Below, piece after piece: positions 1 to 13,061 of a DNA stretch of 64,000 nt. The stretch is from the human T2T-CHM13v2.0 reference genome, Homo sapiens. Every line of letters begins with the position of its first letter. The first letter of the stretch is position 1. The stretch lies in NCBI RefSeq assembly GCF_009914755.1, contig NC_060948.1; one strand, 5' to 3'. A program made the translations under genes and the position numbers. The notes beneath the pieces were generated by a model. That model did no database searches and was not told the origin of the DNA. It worked only from the letters and a program-made list of their open reading frames with translations.

Positions 1-185
1 GTCATAGGGTGGGGTCATGGGGGAGGGATAGTATTAGGAGAAAACCTAATGTAAATGATGAGTTAATGGGTGCAGGAAACCAACATGGCATATGTATATA
101 CCTATGTAACAAACCTGCATTTGTGCACATGTACCCTAGAACTTAAAGGATAATTAAAACAAAAAACAACAACAACAACACAAAA
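1..185 (+). mobile_element. L1PA 3' end with A-rich tail
   Basis: GGGGGAGGGATAG..TTAGGAGA..ACCTAATGTAAATGATGAGTTAATGGGTGCAG..AACAAACCTGCA..GTACCCTAGAACTTAAAG followed by an A/CAA tail. Confidence 0.95.
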
Positions 186-244
186 TTTTGTAGTTATGAT
201 TAAACCAAAAGTAGAGCAAAAAAATAAATAAATAAATAAATTAG

Positions 245-533
245 TTTCCACGTGTTGTGGGAGGGACCCACAGGGACGAAATGTAATCATGGAGGTTGGC
301 TGTTCTTATTCAGGCTATTCTCATGATAGTGAATAAGGTTAATCAGATCTGATGGGTTTATCAGGGGTTTCCACTTTTGTTTCTTCTTCATTTTCTCTTT
401 TCAGCACCATGTAAGAACTGCCTTTTGCCTCACATCGTTATTCTGAGGCCCCCTGACCATGTGAGACTGTAAGTCAAATTAAACCTTTTTTTCTTCCCAG
501 TCTTTATCAACAGTGTGAAAATGGACTAATGCA
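245..533 (+). mobile_element. THE1A-like MaLR LTR (5' truncated)
   Basis: CACGTGTTGTGGGAGGGACCC..GATCTGATGGGTTTATCAGGGGTTTCC..GTGAAAATGGACTAATGCA matches the THE1 LTR consensus. Confidence 0.9.
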
Positions 534-799
534 CAACACTCAGTTGTGCAAATGCCTACACATATCTATGGTTACTGGCACATGACCTTTACCTATATAC
601 AGGTGGCTATACAAATACTTTAAAATGTTCTAGTGCACATTCATAAGAAACATTGATGGTTATTAAGGTTATCCAGACGACAGAATACATATATAATATG
701 TGTATTTTAAATAAGTGTATGAGCATTTTATTTAAACACCTCTGTATTTAAATAATATTTTATATATACTACAAATATGTGTAATGTGTATATAATATA

Positions 800-1185
800 T
801 TTTTTTCTTTCTGCTGCTAAAAAAGAATGCTGAAGATTGGAGAATTTGTGTTTAAAAAGGCATTTTATTACAAAGGCTAGGAAATTTGAGACTAAATCAG
901 TAGCATCTGGAGAGGTTCTGGTTTCTAGAAAGCTGCTTCTCCCATGGGGAGAGACTTTGTGTTCTTGCATGAAAAAAGAGCAAAAAGTGAATCAATTTCT
1001 GCAAGACTTTTTAATGGCAACATTAATTCATTCATGAGGGGAGATCTTTAATGACCTATTGTGACCTACCTTTCAACACTAGTGCACTAGGATTAAGCAT
1101 CCATAACATAAAAATGGGAGGAGACAGGACATCATAGCATTCTGCTCCTGGAATCTCAACATGCATACCTTTCTCACGTACAAAG
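800..1185 (-). mobile_element. Old MaLR LTR (MST/MLT1A type) plus adjoining internal stub
   Basis: CATTAATTCATTCATGAGGG..ATGACCTA..CATAGCA LTR terminus, then TTCTGCTCCTGG.. MaLR internal sequence. Confidence 0.7.
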
Positions 1186-1197
1186 GTGGTTGACTAT

Positions 1198-1587
1198 TGA
1201 TATGGTTTACATCTGTGTCCCCACCCAAGTCTCACAGTGAAGTGTAATCCCCACTGTTGGAGTCTGGGCTTGGTGGGAGGTGATTGGATAATAAAAATGA
1301 TTTCTTATGGTTTAATGCCATCTGCCTTGGTATTAACATGACAATCATGAGTTCTCATGAGATCTGGTTTTTAGAGATGTGTGGCATCTTCCCTTACCCC
1401 TTTTGTTCTGTTCCTTCCATGTAAGATGCCTGCTCCTAGTATGCCTTCTACCATGAGTCAAAGGTCCCTGAGGCCTACCCAGAAGCAGATGCTACCATGC
1501 TTCCTGTTAGTTGATTAAGCCTCTTTTCTTTATCAATTTTGGTTTCTCAAATATTTCTTTATAATAGTGTGAGAACAGATGAATATA
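1198..1587 (+). mobile_element. MSTA-like MaLR solo LTR
   Basis: TGATATGGTTT..TGTGTCCCCACCCAA..GGTGGGAGGTGATTGGAT..CCCAGAAGCAGATGCT..GTGAGAACAGATGAATATA. Confidence 0.9.
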
Positions 1588-1589
1588 AC

Positions 1590-1760
1590 CATTGAAAACT
1601 ATGGGCTATGCAGATGGAAATTTATAAGTGAATTTTCTTCCTCCTCTGCCACCCCTGAGACAGCAAGTCTAACCTCCCCTCTTCCTCCTCTTCCTTGGCA
1701 TACCCAATATGAAGAAGATATGAGAGAAGACCCATTTCTGATATTCATACCCATTTCTCT
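1590..1760. mobile_element. Tigger2a/MER28-like DNA transposon fragment
   Basis: CTCTGCCACCCCTGAGACAGCAAG..CCTCTTCCTCCTC..GAAGA motif typical of Tigger2 derivatives. Confidence 0.7.
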
Positions 1761-1806
1761 ATCAAATGATCACTTGCCCATACCCTTGGTGTTGTCTTCT
1801 CATTAG

Positions 1807-1807
<1 letters not shown>

Positions 1808-1844
<37 letters not shown>

Positions 1845-4800
1845 CTTTAAGTTCTGGGATACATGTGCAGAACATGCATGTTTGTTACATAGGTATACAC
1901 ATGCCCCCATCGATCAGTCATCTACATTAGGTATTTCTCCTAATGCTATCCCTCCCATAGCCCTCCACCCCCTGGCAGGTCCCGTCGTGTGATGTTCCCC
2001 TCCCTGTGTGCATGTGTTCTCATTTTTCAACTCCCACTTATTAATGTAAACATGTAGTATTTAGTTTTCTGTTTCTGTGTTAGTTTGCTGAGAATGATGG
2101 TTTTCAGCTTCATTCATGCCCTGTCAAAGGACATGAACTCATCCTTTTTTATGGCTGCATAGTATTCCATGGTGTATATGTGCCAAATTTTCTCTATCCA
2201 GTCTATCATTTACGGGCATTTGGGATGGTTCTAAGTCTTTGCCACTGTGAACAGTGCTGCAATAAACATGTGTGTATGTGTCTTTATAACAGAATGATTT
2301 ATAATCCTTTGGGTATATACCCAGTAATGGGATTGCTGGGTCAAATGATATTTCTGGATCCAGATCTTTGAGGAATCACCAAACTATCTTCCACAATGAT
2401 GGAACTAATTCACACTCCAACCAACAGTATAAAAGTGTTCCTATTTCTCCACATCTTCTCCAGCATCTGTTGTTTCCTGACTTTTTAATGATCACCATTC
2501 TAACTGGCATGAGATGGCATCTCACTGTGGTTTTGATTTGCATTTCTCTAGTGACCAATGATGATGAGTCTTTTTTCTTATGTTTCTTTGCTGCATAAAT
2601 GTCTTCTTTTGAGAAGTGTCTGTTCATAACCTTCACGCACTTTTTGATAAGGTTTTTTTTTTCTTGTAAATTTGTTTAAGTTTCTTGTAGATTCTGGTTA
2701 TTAGCCCTTTGTCAGATAGAGAGATGGCAAAAAATTTCTCCTATTCTGTAGATTGCCTGTTCACTCTTGATAGTTTTGTTTGCTGCACACAATCTCTTTA
2801 GTTTAATTAGATCTCATTTGTCAATTTTGGCTTTTGTTGCCATTGCTCTTGATGTTTTAGTTATGAAATCTTTGCCCATTCCTATGTCCTGAATGGTATT
2901 GCCTAGGTTTTCTTCTAGGGTTTTTTATGGTTTTAGGTTTTACATTTACGTCTTTAATCCATCTTGAGTTAATTTTTGTATAAAATGTAAGGAAGGTGTC
3001 AGGTTTCAGTTTTCTGGTTATGGCTAGCCAGTTTTCCCAACACCATTTATTAAATAGGAATCTTTTTCCCATTGTTTATTTTTCTCAGGTTTGTCAAGAA
3101 TCAGATGGTTGTAGATGTGTGGTGTTATTTCTGAGACTCTGTTCTGTTCCATTGGTCTATATATTTCTTGTACCAGCATGATGCTGTGTGGTTACTGTAG
3201 CCCTTCAGTATAGTTTGAATTCAGGTAGTGTGATGCCTCCAGCCGTGTTCCTTTTGCTTAGGACTGTCTTGGCTATGCAGGCTCTTTTTTGATTCTATAT
3301 GAAATTTCAGGTAGTTTCTCTTAATTCTGTGAAGAAAGTAAATAATAGCTTGTTGGGGATACCATAATTTGGACAGTATGGCCATTTTCACAATATTGAT
3401 TCTTCCTATCTGTAAGCATAGAATGTTTTCTCATTTGTTTGTGTCTGCTCTTATTTCCTTGAGCAGTGGTTTGCAGTTCTTCTTGAAGAGGTCTTTCACA
3501 TCCCTTGTAAGTTATATTCCTAGGTATTTTATTCTCTTGGTAGCAATTATGAATGGTGGTTAACTCACCATTTGGCTCTCTGTCTGTTATTGGTGTATAG
3601 GAATGCCTGTGATTTTTGCACATTGATTTTGTACTCTGAGACTTTGCTGAAGTTGCTTCTCAGCTTAAGGAGCTTTGGGGCTCAGATGATGTGGTTTTCT
3701 AAATATGCAATCATGTTATCTGCAAACAGAGGCAATTTGACTTCCTCTTTTCCTATTTGAATACATTTTATTTCTTTCCCTTGCCTGATTGCCCTGGCCA
3801 GGACTTCAAATACTATGTTCAATAGGAGTGGTGAGAGAGAGCATTCTTGTCTTGTGCCAGTTGTCAAAGGGAATTTCTCCAGTTTTTGCCTATTCATTAT
3901 GATATTGGCTGTGGGTTTGTCATAAATAGTTCTTATTATTTTGACGTACGTTCCATCAAGGCCCAGTTTACTGAGAGCTTTTAGCATGAAGGGGTGTTGA
4001 ACTTTATCAAAGGCCTTTTCTGCATCTATTGAGACAATTTTGTGGTTTTTGTCACTGGTTCTGTCTATGTGATGGATTATGTTAATGACTTGCATATGTT
4101 GAACCATTCACGCATCCCAGGGATGAATCCAACTTGATTGTGGTGGATAAGCTTTTGATGTGCTGCTGGATTCAGTTTTCCACTATCTTATTGAAGATTT
4201 TCACAATGATGTTCATCAGGGATATTGGCCTGAATTTTTGTTGTTTTTGTGTCTCTGACACATTTTGGTGTATTATAGTGGGCTAATAAAATGAGTTATG
4301 GAGAAGTTCCTCTTTTTCTATTGTTTGGAACAGTTTCAAAGGAATGGTACCAGCTCCTCTTTGTGCCTCTGCTAGAATTTGGCTGTGAATCCATCTGATT
4401 CTGGGCTTGTTTTTGGTTGGTAAGCTATTAATTACTACCTCAATTTCAGAACTTGTTATTGGTCTCTTCAGGAATTTGACTTCTTGCTGGTTTAGTCCTG
4501 TTAGTGTGTATGTGTCGAGAAATTTATTCATTTCTTCAACTAGAAAGTTCATCTGTGTAGAGGTGTTTATAGTATTCTCTGATGGTAGTCTGTATTTCTG
4601 TGAGATCAGTGGTGATTTCCCCTTCATCATTTTTTATTGTGTTTATTTGATTCTTCTCTTTTTTCTTTATTAGTCTGGCTAACAGTCAATCTATTTTGTT
4701 AATCTTTTCAAAAACCAGCTCCTGAATTCATTGATTTTTGAAGGGTTTTTTTGTGTCTCTATCTCCCTCAGTTCTGCTCTGATCATATTTATTTCTTATC

Positions 4801-5253
4801 TTCTGCTAGCTTCAGGATTTCTTTGCTCTTGCTTCTCAAGTTCTTTTTAATTGTGATGTTAACGCTCTCAATTTTAGATCTTTCCTGCCTTCTCCTGTGG
4901 GCCCTTAGTACTACAAATTTCCCTCTAAACATTGCCTGAGCTGTGTCCCAGAGATCTGGTACATTGTGTGTTTATTCTCATTGGTTTCAAAGAACTTATT
5001 TATTTCTACTATAATTTGGTTATTTACCCAGTAGTCATTCAGTAGCAGGTGGTTCAGTTTCCATGAACTTGTGCAGTTTTGAGCGACTTTCTTAATCTGG
5101 AGTTCTAATTTGTTTGCACTGTGGTCTGAGAGACTGTCTGTTATGATTTCCATTCTTTTGCATTTGCTGAGGAGTGGTTTACCTCCACTTGTGTGGTCAC
5201 TATTAAAATAAGTGTGATGTGGTTCTGAGAAGAATGTATATTCTCTTAATTTG
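1808..5253 (-). mobile_element. L1PA7-like LINE-1, non-inverted part (3' UTR and most of ORF2, disrupted)
   Basis: (TAT)n tail, then TATACTTTAAGTTCTGGGATACATGTGCAGAAC; ORF2 peptides [40 protein letters not shown] in the ORF track. Confidence 0.95.
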
Positions 5254-5868
5254 GCTAGCATCATAATTACAGGATCAAAATCACACATAATGACATTAAC
5301 CTTAAATGTAAATGGGCTAAATATCTCAACTAAAAGACAGGCTGGCAAATTGGATAGAGTCAAGACCCATCAATGTGCTGTATTCAGGAGACTCACCTCA
5401 TGTACAAAGACACATACAAGCTCAAAATAAATGGATGAAGGAATATTTACCAAGCAAATGGAAAGCAAAAAAAAAAAAAAAAGAAAGAAAGAAAAAGCAG
5501 GGGTTGCAATTTAGTGTCTGATAAAACAGTCTTTAAACCAAGAAAGATCAAAAAAGGCATATAAAGGTATCAATGCAACAAGAAGAACTAACTATCCTAA
5601 ATATATATGCACTCCATACAGGAACATCCAAATTCATAAATCCGAATTCATTCATCCAAATTCATAAAGCAAGTTCTCAGAGACCTACAAAGAGACTTAC
5701 AGATTCACACAATAATAGTGGGAGACTTTAACACCCTACTGTCAATATTATGCAGATCAATGAGACAGATTGATGAAATTTTGTATTCGTAAGGATATAC
5801 AAAACTTGAACTCAGCCCTGGACCAAGCAGACCTAATAGAAATCTACAGAACTCTCGACACATATCAA
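5254..5868 (+). mobile_element. Inverted 5' segment of the same L1 (ORF2 start and endonuclease region)
   Basis: CTAGCATCATAATTACAGGATCAAAATCACACATAA..TTAAATGTAAATGGGCTAAAT is the ORF2 start on +; it ends at CTACAGAACTCTCGACACATATCAA. Confidence 0.9.
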
Positions 5869-5879
5869 TGAAAGGTGCT

Positions 5880-6727
5880 TTTTAAAAATTATGTGTTATA
5901 TATTTTTGGGAATACATGTAACATTTTTGATACACATATACGATATGTACTAAATGAATTGTGATAAATGAGATATACCTCACCTCAAACCATTAGTTCT
6001 TTGTGCTAAAACACTGCAATTCTTCTAGCTACTTTAAACATTCTATTAGTTGTGTTTCCCTATAAGCTTTCTATTGTATTGTGGAATACTGAAACTTATT
6101 TATTGAATGTAACTGCATTTCTGTACCCATTTACCAACTTCTTTTATTGTTGCTTTCTCCTATCATTTCCAGGCTCTGGTAACCCGCATTCTTTCCTCTA
6201 GTTTTTTGCTTCCAAATATGAGTGAGAACATGTGGTCTTTCTGTGTCTGGCTTATTTCACTTAACATAAAGACATTCACTTCCACCCATTTTGCTGTAAG
6301 TGACAGAATTTCTCTTTCACATTTCTGAATAAGATTCCACTGTGAATATATGCCACACATTTTATCAACTATTTTATAGATCAACACAAGTTGATTTTAT
6401 ATCATGGCAACTGTGTATATTGCTGTCATGAATATAAGAATGCAGCTATCTCATCAATCTGCTGATTTTCTTTTTAAAATGTTTATACATACAAGCAACT
6501 GCTACATCATGTGTTAGTTAACTATTTCCAGGTTCTTAAATACATTCCATAAGTTGACCATAGTGGGTGTGCTGCTTAACCTTCTCAGAAATACACACAC
6601 ACACTCACACAAAATATATATTTTACATACTTATTATATAATGTATTATATAATTCATATATATGCATTCCATTTTATCTGCATCCTCATAAAAATTGGT
6701 ATTTTGTGTCTTTTTTCTAACAGCTAC
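5880..6727 (-). mobile_element. L1MA 3' end
   Basis: Diverged L1MA 3' UTR: CCAAATATGAGTGAGAACATGTGG..TCTGTGTCTGGCTTATTTCACTTAACATAA. Confidence 0.85.
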
Positions 6728-7110
6728 GTCAAGTAAAATTAACACTACTGAGGCAGAAATAATTTTATAAAGCCTTATTGAAAGCCGAACGTGATGAGTG
6801 ACCTCTGAAAGAAAATTGTAAGAGTACCGGAGGCTACTAGAAATCAAAAGGTTTTTATGGTAACGTTTAAAATGCTGGAGAGGTCTTTTCATACAAGAGT
6901 AATTCTCCTTTCATTGACAGGTACAATACAGGGGTTACAAATAATACCTATAGATTGCGACATACAGACTAAGAAATATCTCTGTGCAGGTCCGTCTGTA
7001 AAAGTTCACAGTTCAACTAATTTGAATTTAAATCAGCATTCTATTCAGTGCCTGCATCTTATACTTTAATCAATACTTATATTGATTAAATATAATTTAT
7101 AATTCAGGAC
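6728..7110 (-). mobile_element. ERV1 LTR, partial (MER89-like, tentative)
   Basis: Begins CGTCAAG..TGAGGCAGAAATAATTT..AAAGCCTTATTGAAAGCC; TTCATTGACAGGTACAATACAGGGGTTACAA; abuts an env remnant in the same orientation. Confidence 0.6.
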
Positions 7111-7129
7111 AATTTAGGGCAATACATAA

Positions 7130-8500
7130 TTCAGAGCAATTCTAATAACAGGTACTGCCTCAGCCAAAAATTTAAAAATGTGTGGTGAGCTGCAATGGAT
7201 ATTAGAGTGTCTTCAGATGCCTGACCGATGGCAGCTGACAGGTTTTGAATTGTATTCCTATTGTCACACTTCTGTCCTTGGATTTCATATTCTTCAAATA
7301 TTTTGATTGTGTTGTCACCACACACTACTAACCAAGTACTCTTAGTTCTGTAATGGTAAGGAAATGTGGGTCTTTCCATATTGTTATGCAAGAAAAAAGA
7401 GGTTATAAAATGCCCCATCAAGCATAAGCCTTCTATCTGCTAGAGATTAAGGTATAAATATGTCCATCGTTTTTTAGGAAGATCATTCCGTATGCTACAT
7501 AAAAACAAAAACCAGGGGTAGCACTGGTGATTCCTTCTAAGGTACCTTCATCAATAAATTCATCCTGAGAAGTGCTGGCAATGGCAAGTTAAACGGCTTT
7601 GTCCAGGGCAAGCCTTCCAGCATCAATTTTCACAACAGCCTGTTGATTTATATTGTTCACATAGTAGAGACATATTATATTTTTATTTTCTTTAACATCT
7701 TTTGTTAACCCATTACCACAAAGATTTAGAAGGTCACAGGGTGTAGCCTGGGTTACGACTAAAACCAAGGTTAACAAGAAATAAAAGATTAAAATGAGGA
7801 GATGGCAGTATCCCCATTATTAAGTAGTTGGACCTGAAAGACAATCAAGAAGGAGGTTGCTTTTAAATAACTGGTGACCTTAACTGTGATATTTCCACTG
7901 GTGTATATTTTACATAAATGAATCAAGGAATCACCTGGTGAATCCAACAATAAGGCAGGTTTTATCAAGTAGTAACATGTTGGAGTACTTTATCCCAAAT
8001 ATGACTATGTCATTATACACATTAAGACAGAGTAACAACTCTATGGAAGTAAATAAATGTCATATGCAAATCAGACATTTAATGTAACAATTGTGTAAAG
8101 TTCAAAGGAGCAATTATTTTTCAAAGCAGCAGCAATAGTCCAAAATTTTTGCAAGCTTTTGTATAGAAATCTAGCATACCAATAATCCTCGATTGAGAGA
8201 GTAAACTCAAAAGATTTAGCCTTTTTAAAATGAGAAACATGAATCTGTACATTTTAACTGTGCAGCACAAAGGTTGGTATGGAGTAACCCTCATCCCTTT
8301 TCAACGCAGATGGTTGGAATTCTTAACAAGATATGATTTTCAGTACAGAGTGTCAATGGTTTGTAAGTTGTAAATTTTTAAATCTTTTTCTCCTGGAAAT
8401 GAACTGTAGAAAAAAAACATTTCCAGCCAGCTATTATCTTCAAGAAATGTAAGAAGGAATTTATAATAATGCAGAATTTCACCTTTGTGTCCTGTTTGAA
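7130..8500 (-). pseudogene. env: Degenerate class I ERV env remnant (SU and N-terminal TM)
   Basis: Minus-strand translation gives HYRTKS (decayed RxKR furin site) and TM heptad IQNLSAAIGQASEDTLISIAAHHTFLN, then after a frameshift LAEAVPVIRIAL (immunosuppressive-domain-like). Confidence 0.7.
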
Positions 8501-8639
8501 TTGAAACTAGGGTTTTATAATAACAGCATCATAATAATTGATATAGTTAACATATTTCATTTGAAATAAATTCATATGGAGACTTTTTTTTCCAGAAAAA
8601 AATCATAATATAAAATATGCTTGTGGTATCTATAATATA

Positions 8640-10027
8640 CATAAAAACCAAACAACTAAAAAGCCTCAAACAAATAATTCCATTAAAAAGAAGGTGAATA
8701 CATGTTTTTATAAAGAAGACATACGAATGGTCACTGGGGATGTAAATTAATGCTTAACATTAGTAAATATTAGATAAATAAAAACTCAAATCCCAATGAG
8801 ATATCATCTTACTCTAGTGCAAATAGTTGATATTATAAAGACAAGAAAATAACATACACTGGTGATAATGTGTAGAACTCTCATATACTGCTGATGGGAA
8901 TGTGAATAATTAAAACTACTATAAAAATAAGGAAATTTCTTAAGAATTAAAAATACAAGTACCATGTGATATAGCAACCACACTACTGGGCATTTCTCCA
9001 AGGGGAAAAAAAGTTAGTTTATTGAAGAAATACCTGTATTCTCTTGTTAACTGCAGCACTATTTATGATACTGCAGACAGGAAAGCAACCTATCAGCAGG
9101 TGAACAGACAAAGAAAAAGTGGAATATATGTGCAATATTAATATTATTCAACAATGTTATTCAGTCATCAAAACAATAAAATTCTGTCCCATTCAGTCAC
9201 ATAGACAGACTGGTGTTATAATGTTAAATGACATAAGCTAGTCACAGAAAGACAGATTCAGAATTTTCTCACTCATATAGGAAAATTAAAATCAGTTCTA
9301 ATGAAGACAACAGAATGGATTGATTTATGACTTCTAGACAAAAATGTGAAGACAAAATCTTTAAAAAACATATGGGATAGCATTAAAACATTACTCAGAG
9401 AGTAGTTTATAGCAGTAAATACCCTTATCAGTTAAAATAAAATTATAGTAGAGGAAACTAAAAGGAAAATAACAAAGTAAATAAAAATTTGTGAAAAAAT
9501 TAAAGTTCAGAGCAGGTACAAATAAATAGAGATTAAAAATTACAAAGCTACAAAAAAAAGGGTTGGCTTTTAAAGATGTAAATAATTGATAATTACCTGA
9601 CTGACTAAAAGACAGAAGCCAAAACTTACAGAAACAGAAAATAAGACATTATAAGTGTTACCACAGAAATAAAAAATATTATGACACTATTGTGAACAAC
9701 TATACATAAACTAAAAAATCTAGAATAAATTTATGAGTTACTGAAGCACACGACCTACCAAGATTAACTTATAAATAATTACAAAACTTATATAGATCAA
9801 TAATGAGAACCAAAGGTGAATTTATAATAGTCTTCTATCAATTAAAAGTTTAGGCCCTGATTGTATTATTGCAGAACTCTGCCAAATATATAAAATACAT
9901 ATGAACCTACAAAAGACTTCATAACACCTAGGTGATATATGGATATATCTCAATGCTGAAGGCATCACAGTAGTCAACTTAAAAATATAAGATAAAGCAA
10001 TAGTTAAAAAATTAGTAATAATCATAG
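8640..10027 (+). mobile_element. Rearranged L1M fragments (3' end, then ORF2 pieces)
   Basis: Diverged L1 motifs AAAGAAGACATAC.AATGG, CACACTACTGGGCATTT, TATTGTGAACAACTATAC, GACCTACCAAGATTAA. Confidence 0.8.
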
Positions 10028-10640
10028 TGTTCCCAGATCAAACTGAGGGTCAAGCTGCTATTTCTCATGGCCCAATAACGAGATACAGATGGAAGGAAGA
10101 GAGTTTTTATTTCAGCAACGGGTTACAAGGAGAAGGCCTGAAAATTATCAGCAGACCAACTCAAAGTTACAAAGTTGTCCAGAGCTTATATACTTTCTAA
10201 ATTATATGGCTATGTGTAAGTATGCAATCATCTAAAAACATAAATGATTAACTTCTTTTAATCTATAACGTAAGTTCTAAGTCCTGAAGACCTTCCTCTG
10301 GAGTCTCAGTAAATTTAATCAATCTAAATGGGTCCATGCGTTGGGGTGATTACTCTTATCTTGTCTCCTGCTAAATCATGGAGGTTTGGGGAGTTCTTCC
10401 AGACCTCCAATAAACTTGTTTTATCCTAAATAGATAGTTAAGAATTTCTTCAGTAGTTTTTCATGTGTTAGGGCCCGGAAAAAGCCAACACAAAATGCAT
10501 GGTGGGCTTTCGTCACATTCCAGCTTTTGAATAAGAGTACTGGCTTATATTGGGCTTATAATATTTAACTGAACCACTCAGCCAGTAGTGAAACAGTTGT
10601 TATGTGGTCATCTTATGTTAGTGAGAGCCAGCCTGCCGCA
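10028..10640 (-). mobile_element. ERV1 solo LTR (LTR6/HERV-S71-like)
   Basis: TG..CA termini (TGTTCCCAGA..CTGCCGCA); imperfect 4-bp TSD ATAG/GTAG; interrupts a continuous L1 ORF2. Confidence 0.75.
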
Positions 10641-11515
10641 GTAGCACTGGAATAAAAGCAATCATGTACACAAGTGGAGCAAAACAGGAGCTCAGAAATA
10701 AATCCATGCATCTACCATCAACTGATTTTTCACAAGGGATTTGAGAAAAGGAGAACATCAAACTGTCTTAAGAAAAAAATAGTACCTTCAATGCAATGTG
10801 TGGGAAAACTGGATATTCACATATAGAAGCAGAAAACTACACTTCTATTTTAAGTAATGTTCAAAGGTCAGCTCAAAATGAATTAAGGATTAATATGACA
10901 TAAAAAACTATAAAACTAGTCAAAAAAGGCAAAAGAAATTTTTTTATAATGATTTTCTGGGCAGACTTTTTGGATGACATCTGAAAAACCCAGAAAACCA
11001 ATGAAGAAAATAAACAAATGTGATTACATCCAACTAAGAAGATTGTGCACAACTGAAGATACAACAAATAAAGTGAAGAGAAAACCTAACAAACATTTAA
11101 CGTATTTGAAAACTATGCATCTGGTAAGGGGTTAATACTAAGAACAAATAAGACATATAATTCAACAGCTGAACAAACAAACAAACAAAAAACACTAATT
11201 TAAAATGTTCAAAAGATGTAAACAGACAAACAGACTTTTCTCTGAAAATGACACAGATACTTCAAACAAATATATAAGAGAAATGCCACGAAAATCCATA
11301 AGGAAATATATCAAGTCACTTTAGTTGAGTGAATCTATTAGAAATATGGTGGATATTACTTTAAAAAAAAAGAATAAGTACTGCCAGTAACATCAGGAAA
11401 AGGAAGGTGTGGAAACTGCACAAAACACACTCTTGGGGGGAATGTAAATTAGTAGAACCAGTACAAAACACATTACATAGATTTCTCAAATAATTCACCT
11501 GAAAATTACCACAAG
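10641..11515 (+). mobile_element. L1MA ORF2 3' part (continuation of the host L1)
   Basis: CAGAAATAAATCCATGCATCTAC..CAACTGATTTTT, GGGAAAACTGGATATTCACAT, GAATGTAAATTAGTA. Confidence 0.85.
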
Positions 11516-13020
11516 GATGAGTGGGGCCAGGATGGGTGACTAGAAACAGCAGTGTTCAGAGGCTCCCATTGATAACAAAGCATAAAAGGCATGTGAACAC
11601 TTCACTGGCAACTTGGTATCCATGTTCACTTTATAGAACTGACCAGGAGGATGGTGCGACCCAGGGAGAAAAGGAAGAACAGCGTGGTGCAGTGTCCCAC
11701 CTGAGAGGCACATGGGGTATGGGAGCCAACTCCCTCAGCCAAGGGAGGAGGTCAGTGAGGCTGTGACCCAGCTGGGAAATCGTGCTATTTCTACAGAACT
11801 GTGAAACCCACAGATCAGAAGATCCCATCCGCAAACCCACACCACGAGGGCCTAGCATCACCGCCCCAGAATGCACCTACTCTTAATGGTGTCTCAGCTG
11901 GGATCTGCTTAAACCTACTGAACTCCCAGTGGCGAGGAGCGACCAGTGCCATGGCTGAAATTGCCTGCTATCTAAGCCACTTTAGCTCCAGGGGGAAAGG
12001 TCAGCAGGCAGCACTAGGACTCATAACTGCCTAACTTGCTAAGCTCCCTGGGAAGAGGAAGAACAGCACCCATCTCTAGAGTTCCAGGCTGTGCTTTTAC
12101 CCTGCTGGAGCAAGGGAGGCTGGAGGGCTTGATCCCAAGACTTGTGACCCACTGCCCAAGACATTAGCTGTGGCATTCTGTGACCAGAGTGCCTCTTCAG
12201 GCCTGACCCTGACACATCTTTCTTCACTGGGTGGGGCTTCCCTCAGGAATTCCAATAACTAGCCAGAGTTTCAGAGACAAAACACAAATCACCCTGGGCC
12301 TGCACCCATAGGGGAGAGGTAGCCACAGTCTCTGCAAACCAGAAGAGACTGGTCAGTTCTGAGGAATCCAGGCAGCCCAGATGAGTGGGTTTTCCCCCCA
12401 GGAAGGCATACCCCCTCCACCAAAAAACAAAGAGCTTTGTTAAATGCATTCTATTTCCCATGTCGCCCAACTGGGTGAGAGTCTCCAACAGGGATTTTCA
12501 ACACCCAAATAGCAGCAATCCTACTAGCATCTGGTTGGTGTCCCTTGAGGTCAGAGGTCCCAGAAGAATTGGCAGGCACCCACTTTGCTCTGTCAAGTCA
12601 GGTTCATCCCTGAGTTGCAAAGCTGGTTGAACATACACAAACCCATAAATGTAGTCCATCAAATAAACAGAATCAAAGACAAAAACCACATGATTATCTG
12701 AATAGATGAAGAAAAAGCCATTGATAAAATTCAACATTGCTTCATAATAAAAACTCTCAGTAAAATAGGTATTGATGGAACATAACTCAAGATAATAACA
12801 GCTATTTATGACAAACCCACAGCCAATATCATACTAAATGGGCAAAAGCTGGAAGCATTCCTGTTGAAAAGTGGTATGAGAAAAGGATGACTCTGTCACC
12901 ATTTATATTTAACATAGTATTGGAAGTTCTGGTTAGGGCAATCAGGCAAAAGAAAGAAATAAAGGGTATTCAATTAGGAAGAGAGGAAGTGAAATTGTCT
13001 CTGCAAATGGCATGATTGTA

Positions 13021-13061
13021 TGCTTCACTTGACTAGTCTTAAAAAATAAATAAAAATAAAA
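13021..13061 (+). pseudogene. Y RNA (Y3-type) 3'-terminal retrocopy fragment with A tail
   Basis: TGCTTCACTTGACTAGTCTT vs the recalled hY3 3' end TGCTTCACTTGACTAGCCTT (19/20), immediately followed by AAAAAATAAATAAAAATAAAA. Confidence 0.7.

Noticed and set aside
4911-5363. 150-aa ORF as a novel protein
   Set aside because: Chance read-through across the L1 inversion junction: antisense ORF2 joined to sense ORF2
1795-5885. TSD for the inverted L1PA7
   Set aside because: The flanks CATTAGGTATT and GAAAGGTGCTT are too dissimilar to call
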